Origin: an uncultured Gammaproteobacteria bacterium
GTDB lineage: Bacteria; Patescibacteriota; Microgenomatia; Curtissbacterales; GWA2-41-24
DNA: 24,624 bases
Direction: 5' to 3'
NCBI GenBank assembly: GCA_964357165.1
Contig: CAYHKI010000001.1
Location: 1-24,624, forward strand
The notes under the pieces are model-generated. The model made no database searches. It was not told the DNA's origin and saw only the letters and a program-made list of their open reading frames with translations. Positions 7,257 through 16,250 of this stretch are shown in pieces; position 1 is the stretch's first letter; each line of letters starts with the position of its first letter. A program made the translations under genes and the position numbers.

Positions 7257-7706
7257 TTACTGATCAGGGCAGGAAACTGTGAATGAATATTTTAGTTCGT
7301 TGTGGTTTTCCATTGCCACTTGGCATTTGTCGGCTCTTTTAAAAACCGCAGATGATGGTATGGATGTTAGCACAAAACTATTGCTTGTCCAACCGGATTG
7401 TGTCATATAAGTTTTGTAATAAGAATATATCGTCCCCCATTCGTTTTGTGATTCGAATAAAATCCGGATTGGCTGATCGCATCCTCCAACTGTAAGGCAA
7501 AAATTTTTGGACTCTTTTATTTCCCAACTTGAGGAGTTGGGATATTTATAGATAGCAGCTGCTACTTTTGTTGTTTTTTCGTTGGGGGTTTTAGCATAAT
7601 TGGTATACATAAAGTAAATAGCTCCTGCGGCTGCTGCTACTAATATAAGCAATATTAATGTTCCGATAAAACCTTTGTTTACACTGAATATTTTTGAAGT
7701 GCGCAT
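7257..7706 (-). CDS. Membrane-anchored/secreted protein with a pilin-like N-terminal helix
   Basis: KGF followed by a hydrophobic helix; four Cys in the exported domain; no Glu at +5. Confidence 0.75.
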   Translation of the reverse strand: MRTSKIFSVNKGFIGTLILLILVAAAAGAIYFMYTNYAKTPNEKTTKVAAAIYKYPNSSSWEIKESKNFCLTVGGCDQPIRILFESQNEWGTIYSYYKTYMTQSGWTSNSFVLTSIPSSAVFKRADKCQVAMENHNELKYSFTVSCPDQ

Positions 7707-7752
7707 GTTTTCATTGTAGCAAATATGTTGGAATTATTGTTGAATTAAGTTT

Positions 7753-8514
7753 ATGGCTTATAAATTTATTCAAGTTAACATGTATAAGGGGAAGTACCTA
7801 AATGAACTTATACAATTTTTAACAGATGAGGATCCTGATTTTATCTCGCTTCAAGAAGTTTCTGGTGGTGCAGATAATTTATGTGAAGACAGAAATATCA
7901 GTTTATTCGTGTATTTAAAAGACCAACTCTCTTTATTTGGCTCGGAAAAGCATGATTATGATTTAATTGATGTTAGCGGTTATATGGGCAATGCCGTATT
8001 ATCTAAACATAAACTTATCGATACTAAGGTTATCCCTTTAAAGTCTTATGTTCAGATTGACCTTAAAACCAGTAAAGATCAGAATTTTTGGCCAAATGGC
8101 CCAAGACATCTTTTGGATTGTACTTTTACTGTTGATGGATCATATATACATGCGATGTCTGTTCATGGAGCCTGGACTGCACCGCCTGCCGATACAGATG
8201 AAACTTTAAGACAGGCAGGAATTATTGCTGATTATCTTAAAAATACAAATGAGCCATTTCTGTTAGGTGGAGATTTTAATAATGTGATTCAGAGCAAAAC
8301 TATTGGATTGATAAGTGAGGTTTCCAATAATTTTCTTTTGAATTCAGGGATTCTGGAGACAACTAACCCAAAAGTGCATAAAATTGCACCAAGAGGTTAT
8401 TTGATTGATTTTATTTTTGCATCAAGAGATATTAAACTAAAAAAATTAACTGTTCCTAGAATAACAGTTTCGGACCATTTGCCTGTTATTGCGGAGGTTG
8501 AAGTTTATGCGTAA
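7753..8514 (+). CDS. Endonuclease/exonuclease/phosphatase (EEP) family protein
   Basis: Motifs QVNM, PDFISLQEV, GNAVLSKH, GGDFN, IDFIF and SDHLPV. Confidence 0.9.
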   Translation: MAYKFIQVNMYKGKYLNELIQFLTDEDPDFISLQEVSGGADNLCEDRNISLFVYLKDQLSLFGSEKHDYDLIDVSGYMGNAVLSKHKLIDTKVIPLKSYVQIDLKTSKDQNFWPNGPRHLLDCTFTVDGSYIHAMSVHGAWTAPPADTDETLRQAGIIADYLKNTNEPFLLGGDFNNVIQSKTIGLISEVSNNFLLNSGILETTNPKVHKIAPRGYLIDFIFASRDIKLKKLTVPRITVSDHLPVIAEVEVYA

Positions 8515-9317
8515 TGACCTCGAAGTTTTCTGGGTAAACCTTGAGCTATTCCTTTCATTACTTCTGTTGCTGCTTCGTGTACATCTGTTTCTTTCTGGAT
8601 ACCTATTACCGGACCATATACTGCAAAGGCTATATTTCTCTCATAAAATGAAGCTAGAGTTGTGATTTGATAATGCGTAGAAAGTAACTTGAGATTTTCA
8701 AGGGTTCTTACAAAATTTCTATGATAAGGTTTAAGTTCGAAGCCTGGTTCCTGTTCTGGTAAGACTCCTAATGCATAATTGTTTTGAACTCTATGGATAA
8801 CTCTTGTCATTAGAGAATTTGTATCTTCTTTGTTCATTGTTTCCCTGTATCTTGGAATTATTCCTTTCATTGACAGCTTCTTAATAGTTCTTGCAGGTAT
8901 AGAATCAAAAACAGGTCCGGTTGCGTTTTGTACTTGGCGAGCCATTTTACCTATTCCAATTGGAGGAATAGGGAGTTGGCGGACCATCCAGGCAATGTCT
9001 TTCTCGCTGATGCCTTCGTTTCGTGTGCTAACAGATGCGATGCCGACAACTCGAAGCGATTCTTTTGTAGTAAAAAACCGTTGCCTGGAATGATGGTTAA
9101 CGGCAATTACAAGTAACTTGTTTGGATCCGGAAGATCTCCCTTTTCTGCTTTCAAAGTAAACCCTCCTATTTTTATGAATGCGTCAAGATAAGGAACCAT
9201 ATCTAGTTTTACACCATTAAATTGTGCTTCTATAACATCTCGAAAAAGTTCTTTTTCTGATTTTTCTGCTAGGCGGGATGGGTGATGTGTACTAATAAAG
9301 GGGCTTTCAACTGACAT
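8505..9317 (-). CDS. Hypothetical protein, possible degenerate PlsC/LPLAT-like acyltransferase fold
   Basis: LVIAVNHHS resembles block I and LGVLPEQ resembles the FPEG block, but the HxxxxD Asp is not evident. ATG 9317 is preferred over the ORF-track start at 9395. Confidence 0.5.
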   Translation of the reverse strand: MSVESPFISTHHPSRLAEKSEKELFRDVIEAQFNGVKLDMVPYLDAFIKIGGFTLKAEKGDLPDPNKLLVIAVNHHSRQRFFTTKESLRVVGIASVSTRNEGISEKDIAWMVRQLPIPPIGIGKMARQVQNATGPVFDSIPARTIKKLSMKGIIPRYRETMNKEDTNSLMTRVIHRVQNNYALGVLPEQEPGFELKPYHRNFVRTLENLKLLSTHYQITTLASFYERNIAFAVYGPVIGIQKETDVHEAATEVMKGIAQGLPRKLRGHYA

Positions 9318-9397
9318 TAACTTATTAAGATACCAAGTATAGCTGATTATTTCAATTAGTATAAGATTGTCGTATTTGGTAAAATATATCGGCACTT

Positions 9398-9471
9398 GCG
9401 GGTGTAGTTAAACGGTAGAACACCAGTTTTCCAAACTGGATACGAGGGTTCGACTCCCTTCACCCGCTCCA
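9398..9471 (+). tRNA. tRNA-Gly (TCC)
   Basis: Acceptor GCGGGTG/CACCCGC; anticodon arm CCAGT-TTTCCAA-ACTGG; T-loop GGTTCGACTCC; encoded CCA at 9469-9471. Confidence 0.95.
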
Positions 9472-10985
9472 AATGCAACTTGATAGTCCTCAGGGTGTTG
9501 AATGGGCTGATACAACGGGCTAATTTTGGTGTTCGAATAACCCGGATAGCCCCAGGGCATTCCAAAGGGGAATATCGAACACAATAATACTTTCTTTTGA
9601 TTAAATTTAGACTCCGTATAGGCTCTTACCAGATCTGAAAACTTTTCCTTAATAAAACTAATAATTGCTTCTAGGTTGTACTTGGAGATTACAACATCGC
9701 TCTTAGAAATTTGAGCGATAGCAACTTTTTCTTCTATTAATTTGTTTTGCTCTCTAAAAATCTCATCAGAGTAAATACCTAGCAAATTCTTTTCAATCAA
9801 AGACTGGCGCAGTTCGTAGAGCCTTTTAAGCTCTTCATCAGCCTTATCTTTTCTTTTTTGAAGATCAGTTAATCTTAGGTAGTAAGTTCTACGCAACAGC
9901 GCAATAAACAGCTCTAGACACTTTGGCGTTGGGGTAACTTCTGTTAATAGTTCTTTCATTGTTGACTCTAGTTTCCCAACAGGTATCGAAGCCTTCACAC
10001 ATCTTTTTGGACAGAAGTAGTAACTATATTTTGCTAACTTTCCTTGACTCCAAGCACCAGTAAATCCCGATTTGCAAATGCTACACTTGGTAATTCTTCT
10101 AAGAGGAAATTCAGGGTTATTTCTGTTTCTTCTTGAGAGGGCAACAATATTGGGGTTTCTGCCGTCTAGGATAGCCCGTACCAGATAGAACTGCTCCTCG
10201 GTAATCATTGGTGGGTGTTGTCCTTGCACGGTCTCTGGGTATCTTTCTGAGGTAAGAATTCCTGTATAAAATCTTTGCCTAAAAATGCGATTAACTGTCT
10301 GGCTTCTTAACTTAAATTCTTTTCCGTGTTTTTCTCGAAGACCTAGATCATTCATTATTTTAGCCATGTCTTTCAAGCTTTTGGTTCCAGTAGCCATTAA
10401 TTCCCAAGCTTGTTTGACCTTCTCAAAGGCGTTTGGGTCTTTAATGACATAACCATCTTGAACTTTATAGCCTAAAGGTGGTTTACCACTTATTAAACCA
10501 GATAGAAAACGCGCTCTTAGACCGTTTTTGGCTCTTTCGCTTCTAACATCGTTATCTAGCTGGGCAAAACCAGCAAGCATTGTTTCAATTAATTTCTCTG
10601 TAGGGCTTTCTCCAGTTGGTTCAGTTGCCGAAATTAAAGCAATTCCGAATTCAGTTAACTTTTTGCGAATCGCTAAGTAGTCGGCCGTTTGACGTGATAT
10701 TCTGTCTATTCTATATACAAAAACAGCATCAAGCCCCCTTTTATTTCTACGGCAGTATTCCAAAAGGGCAACAAGAATTGGTCTCCCCGATATATTTTTA
10801 GCTGACCTTCCTTCCTCTCGAAAAATCTCAATAACATCAAACCCTCGACGATTTGCTTCTTTGGTGCAAAGTTCTTCCTGTGTACCTAGGGAAAAATTAT
10901 CCACTTGTTCTTCGGTTGATACTCTAAGATAGATTGCAGCCTTTTTACGTTCAAGTGAGTTGTTTGGGCTATTTTGCGGGTTCAT
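9408..10985 (-). CDS. Large serine recombinase (site-specific integrase)
   Basis: Catalytic AAIYLRVSTEEQ, plus SLGTQ, EEGRSA, RIDRISR, a recombinase domain, a Zn ribbon (CSIC...YYFCPKRC) and a coiled coil. The stop at 9408-9410 lies inside the tRNA. Confidence 0.95.
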   Translation of the reverse strand: MNPQNSPNNSLERKKAAIYLRVSTEEQVDNFSLGTQEELCTKEANRRGFDVIEIFREEGRSAKNISGRPILVALLEYCRRNKRGLDAVFVYRIDRISRQTADYLAIRKKLTEFGIALISATEPTGESPTEKLIETMLAGFAQLDNDVRSERAKNGLRARFLSGLISGKPPLGYKVQDGYVIKDPNAFEKVKQAWELMATGTKSLKDMAKIMNDLGLREKHGKEFKLRSQTVNRIFRQRFYTGILTSERYPETVQGQHPPMITEEQFYLVRAILDGRNPNIVALSRRNRNNPEFPLRRITKCSICKSGFTGAWSQGKLAKYSYYFCPKRCVKASIPVGKLESTMKELLTEVTPTPKCLELFIALLRRTYYLRLTDLQKRKDKADEELKRLYELRQSLIEKNLLGIYSDEIFREQNKLIEEKVAIAQISKSDVVISKYNLEAIISFIKEKFSDLVRAYTESKFNQKKVLLCSIFPFGMPWGYPGYSNTKISPLYQPIQHPEDYQVAFGAGEGSRTLVSSLENWCSTV

Positions 10986-11280
10986 AATTACCGCCCTTTA
11001 ATAGTTCAGTTAGTGTTTTGTCATTAAAAACACCTTTTTCATAGTCATCGAGCCAACTATCGGCTAAATATTGAAGCTCGGTTATAAACGTGTCTAGTAT
11101 TTGATCAGGTATATTTTTAACTGATTCACCGAGCACTCCTCGAGCTTTTTGAAGCCTGCTTTCTTCTCGAGTACCTAAAAACGAAGTGTTGAAATTATTT
11201 AGAAGATTATTATTTGCACCTTGATTTGATAGTTCTTCTCTACTGTTTCTTAAGTTCTGCTTGGGTAGGATTCTATTCAT
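10969..11280 (-). CDS. Hypothetical protein (103 aa) coupled to the recombinase
   Basis: Overlaps the recombinase start by 17 nt and contains its SD (AAGGGCGGT). Confidence 0.7.
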   Translation of the reverse strand: MNRILPKQNLRNSREELSNQGANNNLLNNFNTSFLGTREESRLQKARGVLGESVKNIPDQILDTFITELQYLADSWLDDYEKGVFNDKTLTELLKGGNYEPAK

Positions 11281-11294
11281 GTCTAATCACTCTG

Positions 11295-11352
11295 TATTGA
11301 TTAAAACTATCAATATACGGATAGTATATATCCCTATCCGGATAGCTGTCAA
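11295..11352 (-). promoter_or_regulatory. Leftward promoter of the recombinase operon overlapped by inverted repeats
   Basis: On the minus strand: TTGACA (11352-11347), 18-nt spacer, TATACT (11328-11323). Palindrome CTATCCGGATAG at 11334-11345. Inverted repeats CGGATAG/CTATCCG (11318-11340) and TATTGAT/ATCAATA (11295-11315). Confidence 0.6.
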
Positions 11353-11472
11353 GAGGCAATTAGCTTCAAAACAGTGAAAACAAAACTACTTTACTTTTAT
11401 GTGGTATATTTGATATAGTTCGATACACTTAATCTGCACCTGTATATTCTGCCCGAAAGTATTGGGTAGAAT

Positions 11473-14202
11473 ATGACCGCTTTTAAACAATGGCTGACTG
11501 AGTACGCACATAGGCTTGTCACACATCAAGTATCTCCTATCGAGACTATTTCTTTACTTTTAACGGTTTTGCTCTGGCCAGTATTTATATTTGTTTCTAT
11601 AGTTCTGTTACTTAAAGGTTTTAAGAACTTTGGTCATCTTTTGCCTACACTTGCGGGTAAAGTGATGCCAAAAAAGTATTTGCCACAAGAAGAAAACACT
11701 TTTCTTGAGCTTTCCTTCCCGGCTGATACCAGTAAATCTTCCTACGCTACAGAACAGCTCTATACCCTAGTGCACACCCTAGCACGCCAGAAAAACTTAC
11801 TTCAAAGGCTCACAAAATACAAAAAGCACTACTCGCTGGAGATTGTTTCAACAAAATCTGAAGGTATAAGATACGTTCTTGTTGCTCCTAGTTTTGAGGC
11901 TGACATCATTAAAAGGAGTCTGCTTTCGTATCTGCCTGGAATAAAGATAAAGGAAATAAACGACTATCTTGAAAAACTTGTGAGTCCTGAGAGTCTATTA
12001 AAGGTAGTTGAACTAAAACTCTCCAATCACTTTGCCCTTTCCCTGCAAGATCAGAAAACACTCTCAAAACATGATCCAATCTCCTACATCACGGGTGTTA
12101 TGACCAAGCTTAATCCAGGCGAGCTAGTTTCCTACCAGATTGTTACAACTCCGGTTATTGCACAAATTCACACTCAACAAACTCAGGAAATGCACGCTCT
12201 TCGCAGTAAAATGTATAAGCAAGAACCACTGAACTCACATCTGCAAAATGGTCTGCCTGTATTAATTAGTCTGCCTTTTTTGCTCATTAAAGCAGTAACT
12301 AAAGTCTTCAGCTTTGCTATTATGATTACCTACAGCATGGCCGCCGCTGCCGTTGATACCAGCGGAAAAAGTGTTCCTTTTTTCCAAGATACAACTCTTA
12401 AAGTTCAGCCTTCGGAAATCTATAATCCGTATGAACAAGAATTAAGGACAGTTGTTAAAGAAAAGATTGACCAACATCTTTTTGAAACCTCAATTAGGTT
12501 TCTGGTTGTCTCAAAAGACGGAGAAGAAGTACAGAAAAGAACTTCTAGTTTTCTGGCTGCATTTGGGCCCTTCTCAAGTCCTTACCAATCTTTAGTTGCC
12601 AAGGGAAGCATGTTTAAGGGCAGAAGTATTAAAAAAAGGCTTTTAGATTTCCAAGATAGAGTTGTTTCAAAGGGGTTAGGTACTGATAACCCACTTCTTT
12701 CGGCTTCTGAAATCTCAGATATTTACCACTTTCCCTATTCCGACACCACGAAGACTGAAGACATCGTCAAAGTCTATAGCAAAGACTTGCCTGCACCCCT
12801 ATCTCTTAAAAGAGGCGACGAGCTTGATGTAACCTTTGGAGTCAATAACTATGGAGGCAAAGAAACAGATATTGGTTTAACCGATGAAACCCGAGACAAA
12901 CACGTCTTTATTGTTGGCGCCACTGGTTCAGGTAAAAGTACAGTTCTTTTCAACATGGCTTCCGGTGATATTCAAAAGGGACGTGGGGTTGCAATCATTG
13001 ACCCTCATGGTGACCTAGCCGAAGACCTACTTTCAACTATCCCTACAAACAGGATTGATGATTTTGTCTATATCAACCCTTTTGATCTCAAATATCCAGT
13101 TGGCATAAACCTGTTGGAACTCCCAGAAGGACTTGACGAAGATGAACTGGAACTGGAAAAGGAACTCGTCTGTGAGTCAGTAATTACTATCTTCCGAAGG
13201 GTCTTTACTAAAGAAGACAATGTTGATGCCCACCGAATCGAATATATCTTAAGAAACTCCATCTATACTTCCTTCACAGTCAAAGACCGAACAATTTTTA
13301 CAATCTACAACCTTCTAAACAATCCGGATTACCGAAAAGGAGTCATAGCAAGCCTTAATGATGAAAACTTGCAAAACTTCTGGAAAAATGAATTTGGGAA
13401 GGCTGGTAACTTCCAGATTGTGAAGATGGTAAGCGGGGTAACTGCTAAGGTTGGAAGATTTCTTTTCTCACCTACCGCAAGAAGAATCTTGGAACAAAAA
13501 CACTCGACTATAAACTTTGATGAAATCCTTGCTCAGAAAAAGATTCTAATCTGCAATCTTGCCGAAGGTAAGTTAGGTGAGGACACCTCGCAAATCCTAG
13601 GAATGACCATAATCTCTAAGATCCAACAAGCCGCTCAGAGAAGAGCTAGGCAAGAACTAAAAACAAGAACACCTTTTTACCTCTACATTGACGAGTTCCA
13701 AAACTTTGCCACCAGTGCTTTCACTAAGATTCTTTCGGGAGGTAGAAAGTTTGGTTTGCGAATAACAATTGCTGAGCAATCCACTTCCCAACAAAAGGAC
13801 AAGGATATCGTCAACATTATCCTAGCCAACGTCGGCACAGTAATTTGCTTTAGAACCGCAGGACTGCATGACGAGCAGTACATGATAAATCAATTCTCTC
13901 CTTACGTCGAAAAAGGCGAGCTTGCCAACCTTCCCCGCTACAGCTTTTACATGAAGATTTCAGCCGTTGAGCCGGAAGAGCCTTTTTCTGGTAAAACTTT
14001 AAAGCCAGACTTGGAAAAAGACCAAGGCAAGATAAAAAGACTGATTGACACGTCTAGAAAGAACTACGCGACTCTTTATGAAAAACCAGTTGTTGTAAAA
14101 GTTATTCCCAAAGTAAATAAAGATGAAGGCAAGGCTGTTGATACTAAGCCCAATTCAAAGCAGAAGAAAGATTTACCAGAGAACCATAAGGGCAATAATT
14201 AA
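11473..14202 (+). CDS. VirD4/TrwB-like type IV coupling ATPase with a long membrane-associated N-terminal extension
   Basis: Walker A GATGSGKS, IIDPHGD, Walker B LYIDEFQNF, RKFGL and NVGTVICFR; N-terminal TM segments. Confidence 0.85.
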   Translation: MTAFKQWLTEYAHRLVTHQVSPIETISLLLTVLLWPVFIFVSIVLLLKGFKNFGHLLPTLAGKVMPKKYLPQEENTFLELSFPADTSKSSYATEQLYTLVHTLARQKNLLQRLTKYKKHYSLEIVSTKSEGIRYVLVAPSFEADIIKRSLLSYLPGIKIKEINDYLEKLVSPESLLKVVELKLSNHFALSLQDQKTLSKHDPISYITGVMTKLNPGELVSYQIVTTPVIAQIHTQQTQEMHALRSKMYKQEPLNSHLQNGLPVLISLPFLLIKAVTKVFSFAIMITYSMAAAAVDTSGKSVPFFQDTTLKVQPSEIYNPYEQELRTVVKEKIDQHLFETSIRFLVVSKDGEEVQKRTSSFLAAFGPFSSPYQSLVAKGSMFKGRSIKKRLLDFQDRVVSKGLGTDNPLLSASEISDIYHFPYSDTTKTEDIVKVYSKDLPAPLSLKRGDELDVTFGVNNYGGKETDIGLTDETRDKHVFIVGATGSGKSTVLFNMASGDIQKGRGVAIIDPHGDLAEDLLSTIPTNRIDDFVYINPFDLKYPVGINLLELPEGLDEDELELEKELVCESVITIFRRVFTKEDNVDAHRIEYILRNSIYTSFTVKDRTIFTIYNLLNNPDYRKGVIASLNDENLQNFWKNEFGKAGNFQIVKMVSGVTAKVGRFLFSPTARRILEQKHSTINFDEILAQKKILICNLAEGKLGEDTSQILGMTIISKIQQAAQRRARQELKTRTPFYLYIDEFQNFATSAFTKILSGGRKFGLRITIAEQSTSQQKDKDIVNIILANVGTVICFRTAGLHDEQYMINQFSPYVEKGELANLPRYSFYMKISAVEPEEPFSGKTLKPDLEKDQGKIKRLIDTSRKNYATLYEKPVVVKVIPKVNKDEGKAVDTKPNSKQKKDLPENHKGNN

Positions 14203-14227
14203 CCCTGCACGCGTGCGGGGTCTTTTT
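14202..14227 (+). terminator. Intrinsic terminator after the coupling-protein gene
   Basis: ACCCTGCA-CGCG-TGCGGGGT 8-bp stem followed by CTTTTT, directly at the stop codon. Confidence 0.7.
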
Positions 14228-14393
14228 GCTAGGTTTTTAAGCTAATATTAGGGATATCTTTCTGCTCTTTCTCTTTAATAAATATAGACAGAATAAATTC
14301 GCTACAAAATCGTAATATACATACTGCCTCTGTCCCAGATCCTGACCCCAACTACCTGCCTAAATAAATAGTTAGCTTTAAGTCAATATAAAC

Positions 14394-15167
14394 ATGATAA
14401 ACAAAATCAAAGACATTAATTTAAAACAATTAGCAATACTAATACTTCTTTACAGGTTTAGGTTCCTAAATACAAAACAGATACAGAATTCGTTAGGCCA
14501 CAAAGATCCAAGTACTGTTCAAGCATGGCTTGCTGATCTTGTCCAGAAACAGTATGTATATTCCAATTACGAGCGGAACAAGTTTGGTAAAAACACCAAA
14601 CCTTCTGTCTTCCACCTCCTGCCCAAAGCAATACAAGTGCTAAAGGAACACGAGGATTGTGACGAAAAGCAACTCAAGAAAATCTATAGCGAAGGAGAGA
14701 GATCAGAAGGCTTCATTAATGACTGCCTATTCATTGCCGATATGTATCTAAAATTAAAAGACCAGGGTAGCAAAACTACTGAAGTACACTTCTCAACCAA
14801 AGTAGACCTGAATGGTTACGATTACTTTCCGAACCCACTTCCAGACGCCTACATTGCCTTAAAAGAGAAAAGAAAGACCAATAGGTACTTTGTACTACTT
14901 CTTGAAGAAAAAGCACCAAAATACGCCTACCTGGATAAACTAAAAAAGTACATGGACTATTTAGAAACGGACGAATGGAAAAGCAACACCAAAAACGCTC
15001 CTTTCCCATCAATCCTAGTAATCTGCCCGGATTACCCTAAGAAAAGATTTGTAGAAAGGTACATTAAAGATAACCTGCCCAAAGAACCACTTTATTTAAC
15101 AACTAAAAACCAAATCCGGCTTAAAGGAATAAAATCAGATGTTTGGGAAAATATTGGGGGAAATTAA
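14394..15167 (+). CDS. Replication-relaxation (Replic_Relax) family protein, putative relaxase
   Basis: Winged-helix-like N-terminus LLYRFRFLNTKQIQ; a PD-x-Y motif (PLPDAYIAL) followed by YFVLL; located directly after the coupling protein. Confidence 0.75.
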   Translation: MINKIKDINLKQLAILILLYRFRFLNTKQIQNSLGHKDPSTVQAWLADLVQKQYVYSNYERNKFGKNTKPSVFHLLPKAIQVLKEHEDCDEKQLKKIYSEGERSEGFINDCLFIADMYLKLKDQGSKTTEVHFSTKVDLNGYDYFPNPLPDAYIALKEKRKTNRYFVLLLEEKAPKYAYLDKLKKYMDYLETDEWKSNTKNAPFPSILVICPDYPKKRFVERYIKDNLPKEPLYLTTKNQIRLKGIKSDVWENIGGN

Positions 15168-15193
15168 TCTAACAACTCTTTGTCAGCAAATCC

Positions 15194-15820
15194 CTAAGCT
15201 GCTTGTTGTGGTCTGATGCCTCTTCGGTATTGTCGATTAACCCCCGTCATGCGCACTCTATAATTATATAGAGTTTTACTAATAGCGTAGTCTTGTAAAA
15301 TCGTAAACAGAGGTGTGTGATTGTAAGCACAATGCTCCAAAACCGTTCTTGGTAGCAACAATGTTCCAGCAAACCAGTCAGCCTCTGCTTCTTGCCTTTC
15401 ATCAAAGGTTCGAAGGGCATAGCCAGATTCTGAAACAAACACTTTTGCAGCATCATGTTTCCTAATGATATGAGCCAGTTCGTGCATTAGATCAGTCGAT
15501 TGGCGAGCAACTGAATGGGTAGGGTTGATAAGGATAATTTCTTCTCCGTTAACCATAACCGTGACTGCAGACCACTCATCTCCTTGTGCAGAACTTAAGT
15601 ATTCTCTAGTTTCTTGACTAAGTCCTGCTACATCTTCCAATTTCCATACTTTAACAGACAGTTTTGCGGCCAATTCATAAGGTGATAACGGTGAGGAAGA
15701 ATTAACCCCAAGCCTTTTACGAATAGCAACAGATGTGTTCTCGCACCATGATTTAAAACCTCTTTCAAACAGGGTGTCTTGTTTTTTCTTGGTTAAAAGT
15801 ACTGCGGTGGATCTGCCCAT
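15194..15820 (-). CDS. ImmA/IrrE-family Zn metallopeptidase (CapP-like)
   Basis: HEXXH in STDLMHELAHII, a later QEAEADWFAGTLLLP motif and a C-terminal HTH-like segment. Confidence 0.9.
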   Translation of the reverse strand: MGRSTAVLLTKKKQDTLFERGFKSWCENTSVAIRKRLGVNSSSPLSPYELAAKLSVKVWKLEDVAGLSQETREYLSSAQGDEWSAVTVMVNGEEIILINPTHSVARQSTDLMHELAHIIRKHDAAKVFVSESGYALRTFDERQEAEADWFAGTLLLPRTVLEHCAYNHTPLFTILQDYAISKTLYNYRVRMTGVNRQYRRGIRPQQAA

Positions 15821-15833
15821 ATTTTCATTTTGT

Positions 15834-16163
15834 CTAAGAAGATTTATTTGAGGCAGACTTCTGGACGGCTAATATTAACTCAGCTAGGTGGCTGGCTGTT
15901 GAAGTGCTCATAGTTTTTTCAGCACGGAAATGAGCAACCGGCATCTGAGCATCATTGCCTGTTGATTGTTTCTTCCGGAATCCAAGAATGGAGCTTGGAT
16001 CTATTTCAAGCCATTTGCAAATTTTCGTAAAAGTATCAAGGTCTGGTTGCTTTCCAGACTCAATTCGCGAGAGAGTTGCGTGACCAATTCCAATCTCATT
16101 GGCAACTTCCCTTATGCCTCTGTTACCCCTCTTTTGTTTTAGTTTCAGGCTCAGTTCATCCAT
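15834..16163 (-). CDS. XRE-family HTH transcriptional regulator (CapH-like)
   Basis: IREVANEIGIGHATLSRIESGKQPDLDTFTKICKWL is an HTH_3 pattern; C-terminal helix; co-transcribed with the peptidase. Confidence 0.9.
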   Translation of the reverse strand: MDELSLKLKQKRGNRGIREVANEIGIGHATLSRIESGKQPDLDTFTKICKWLEIDPSSILGFRKKQSTGNDAQMPVAHFRAEKTMSTSTASHLAELILAVQKSASNKSS

Positions 16164-16172
16164 AGTATGAAG

Positions 16173-16231
16173 AGTATATCATTAATCCTACTGTTTTATC
16201 AATTGACACAAGACCTCATCTGTGAGACACT
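16173..16231. promoter_or_regulatory. Back-to-back divergent promoters between the HTH/peptidase pair and the CBASS-like operon
   Basis: Minus strand: TTGATA (16202-16197) with extended -10 TGaTATACT (16181-16173). Plus strand: TTGACA (16203-16208) with a weak -10. The adjacent -35 boxes create TCAATTGA. Confidence 0.5.
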
Positions 16232-16250
16232 AACAAAGTAATCAAATTTT

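Noticed and set aside
7257-7706. Call as a bona fide type IV pilin
   Set aside because: KG|F and a hydrophobic helix are present but Glu+5 is absent. Kept only as pilin-like.
9356-9565. 69-aa minus-strand ORF across tRNA-Gly
   Set aside because: It is an alternate frame of the recombinase tail plus tRNA antisense, with no independent support.
11473-15167. Complete conjugative ICE / T4SS
   Set aside because: Only the coupling ATPase and relaxase are visible, with no VirB4 or channel genes in the window.
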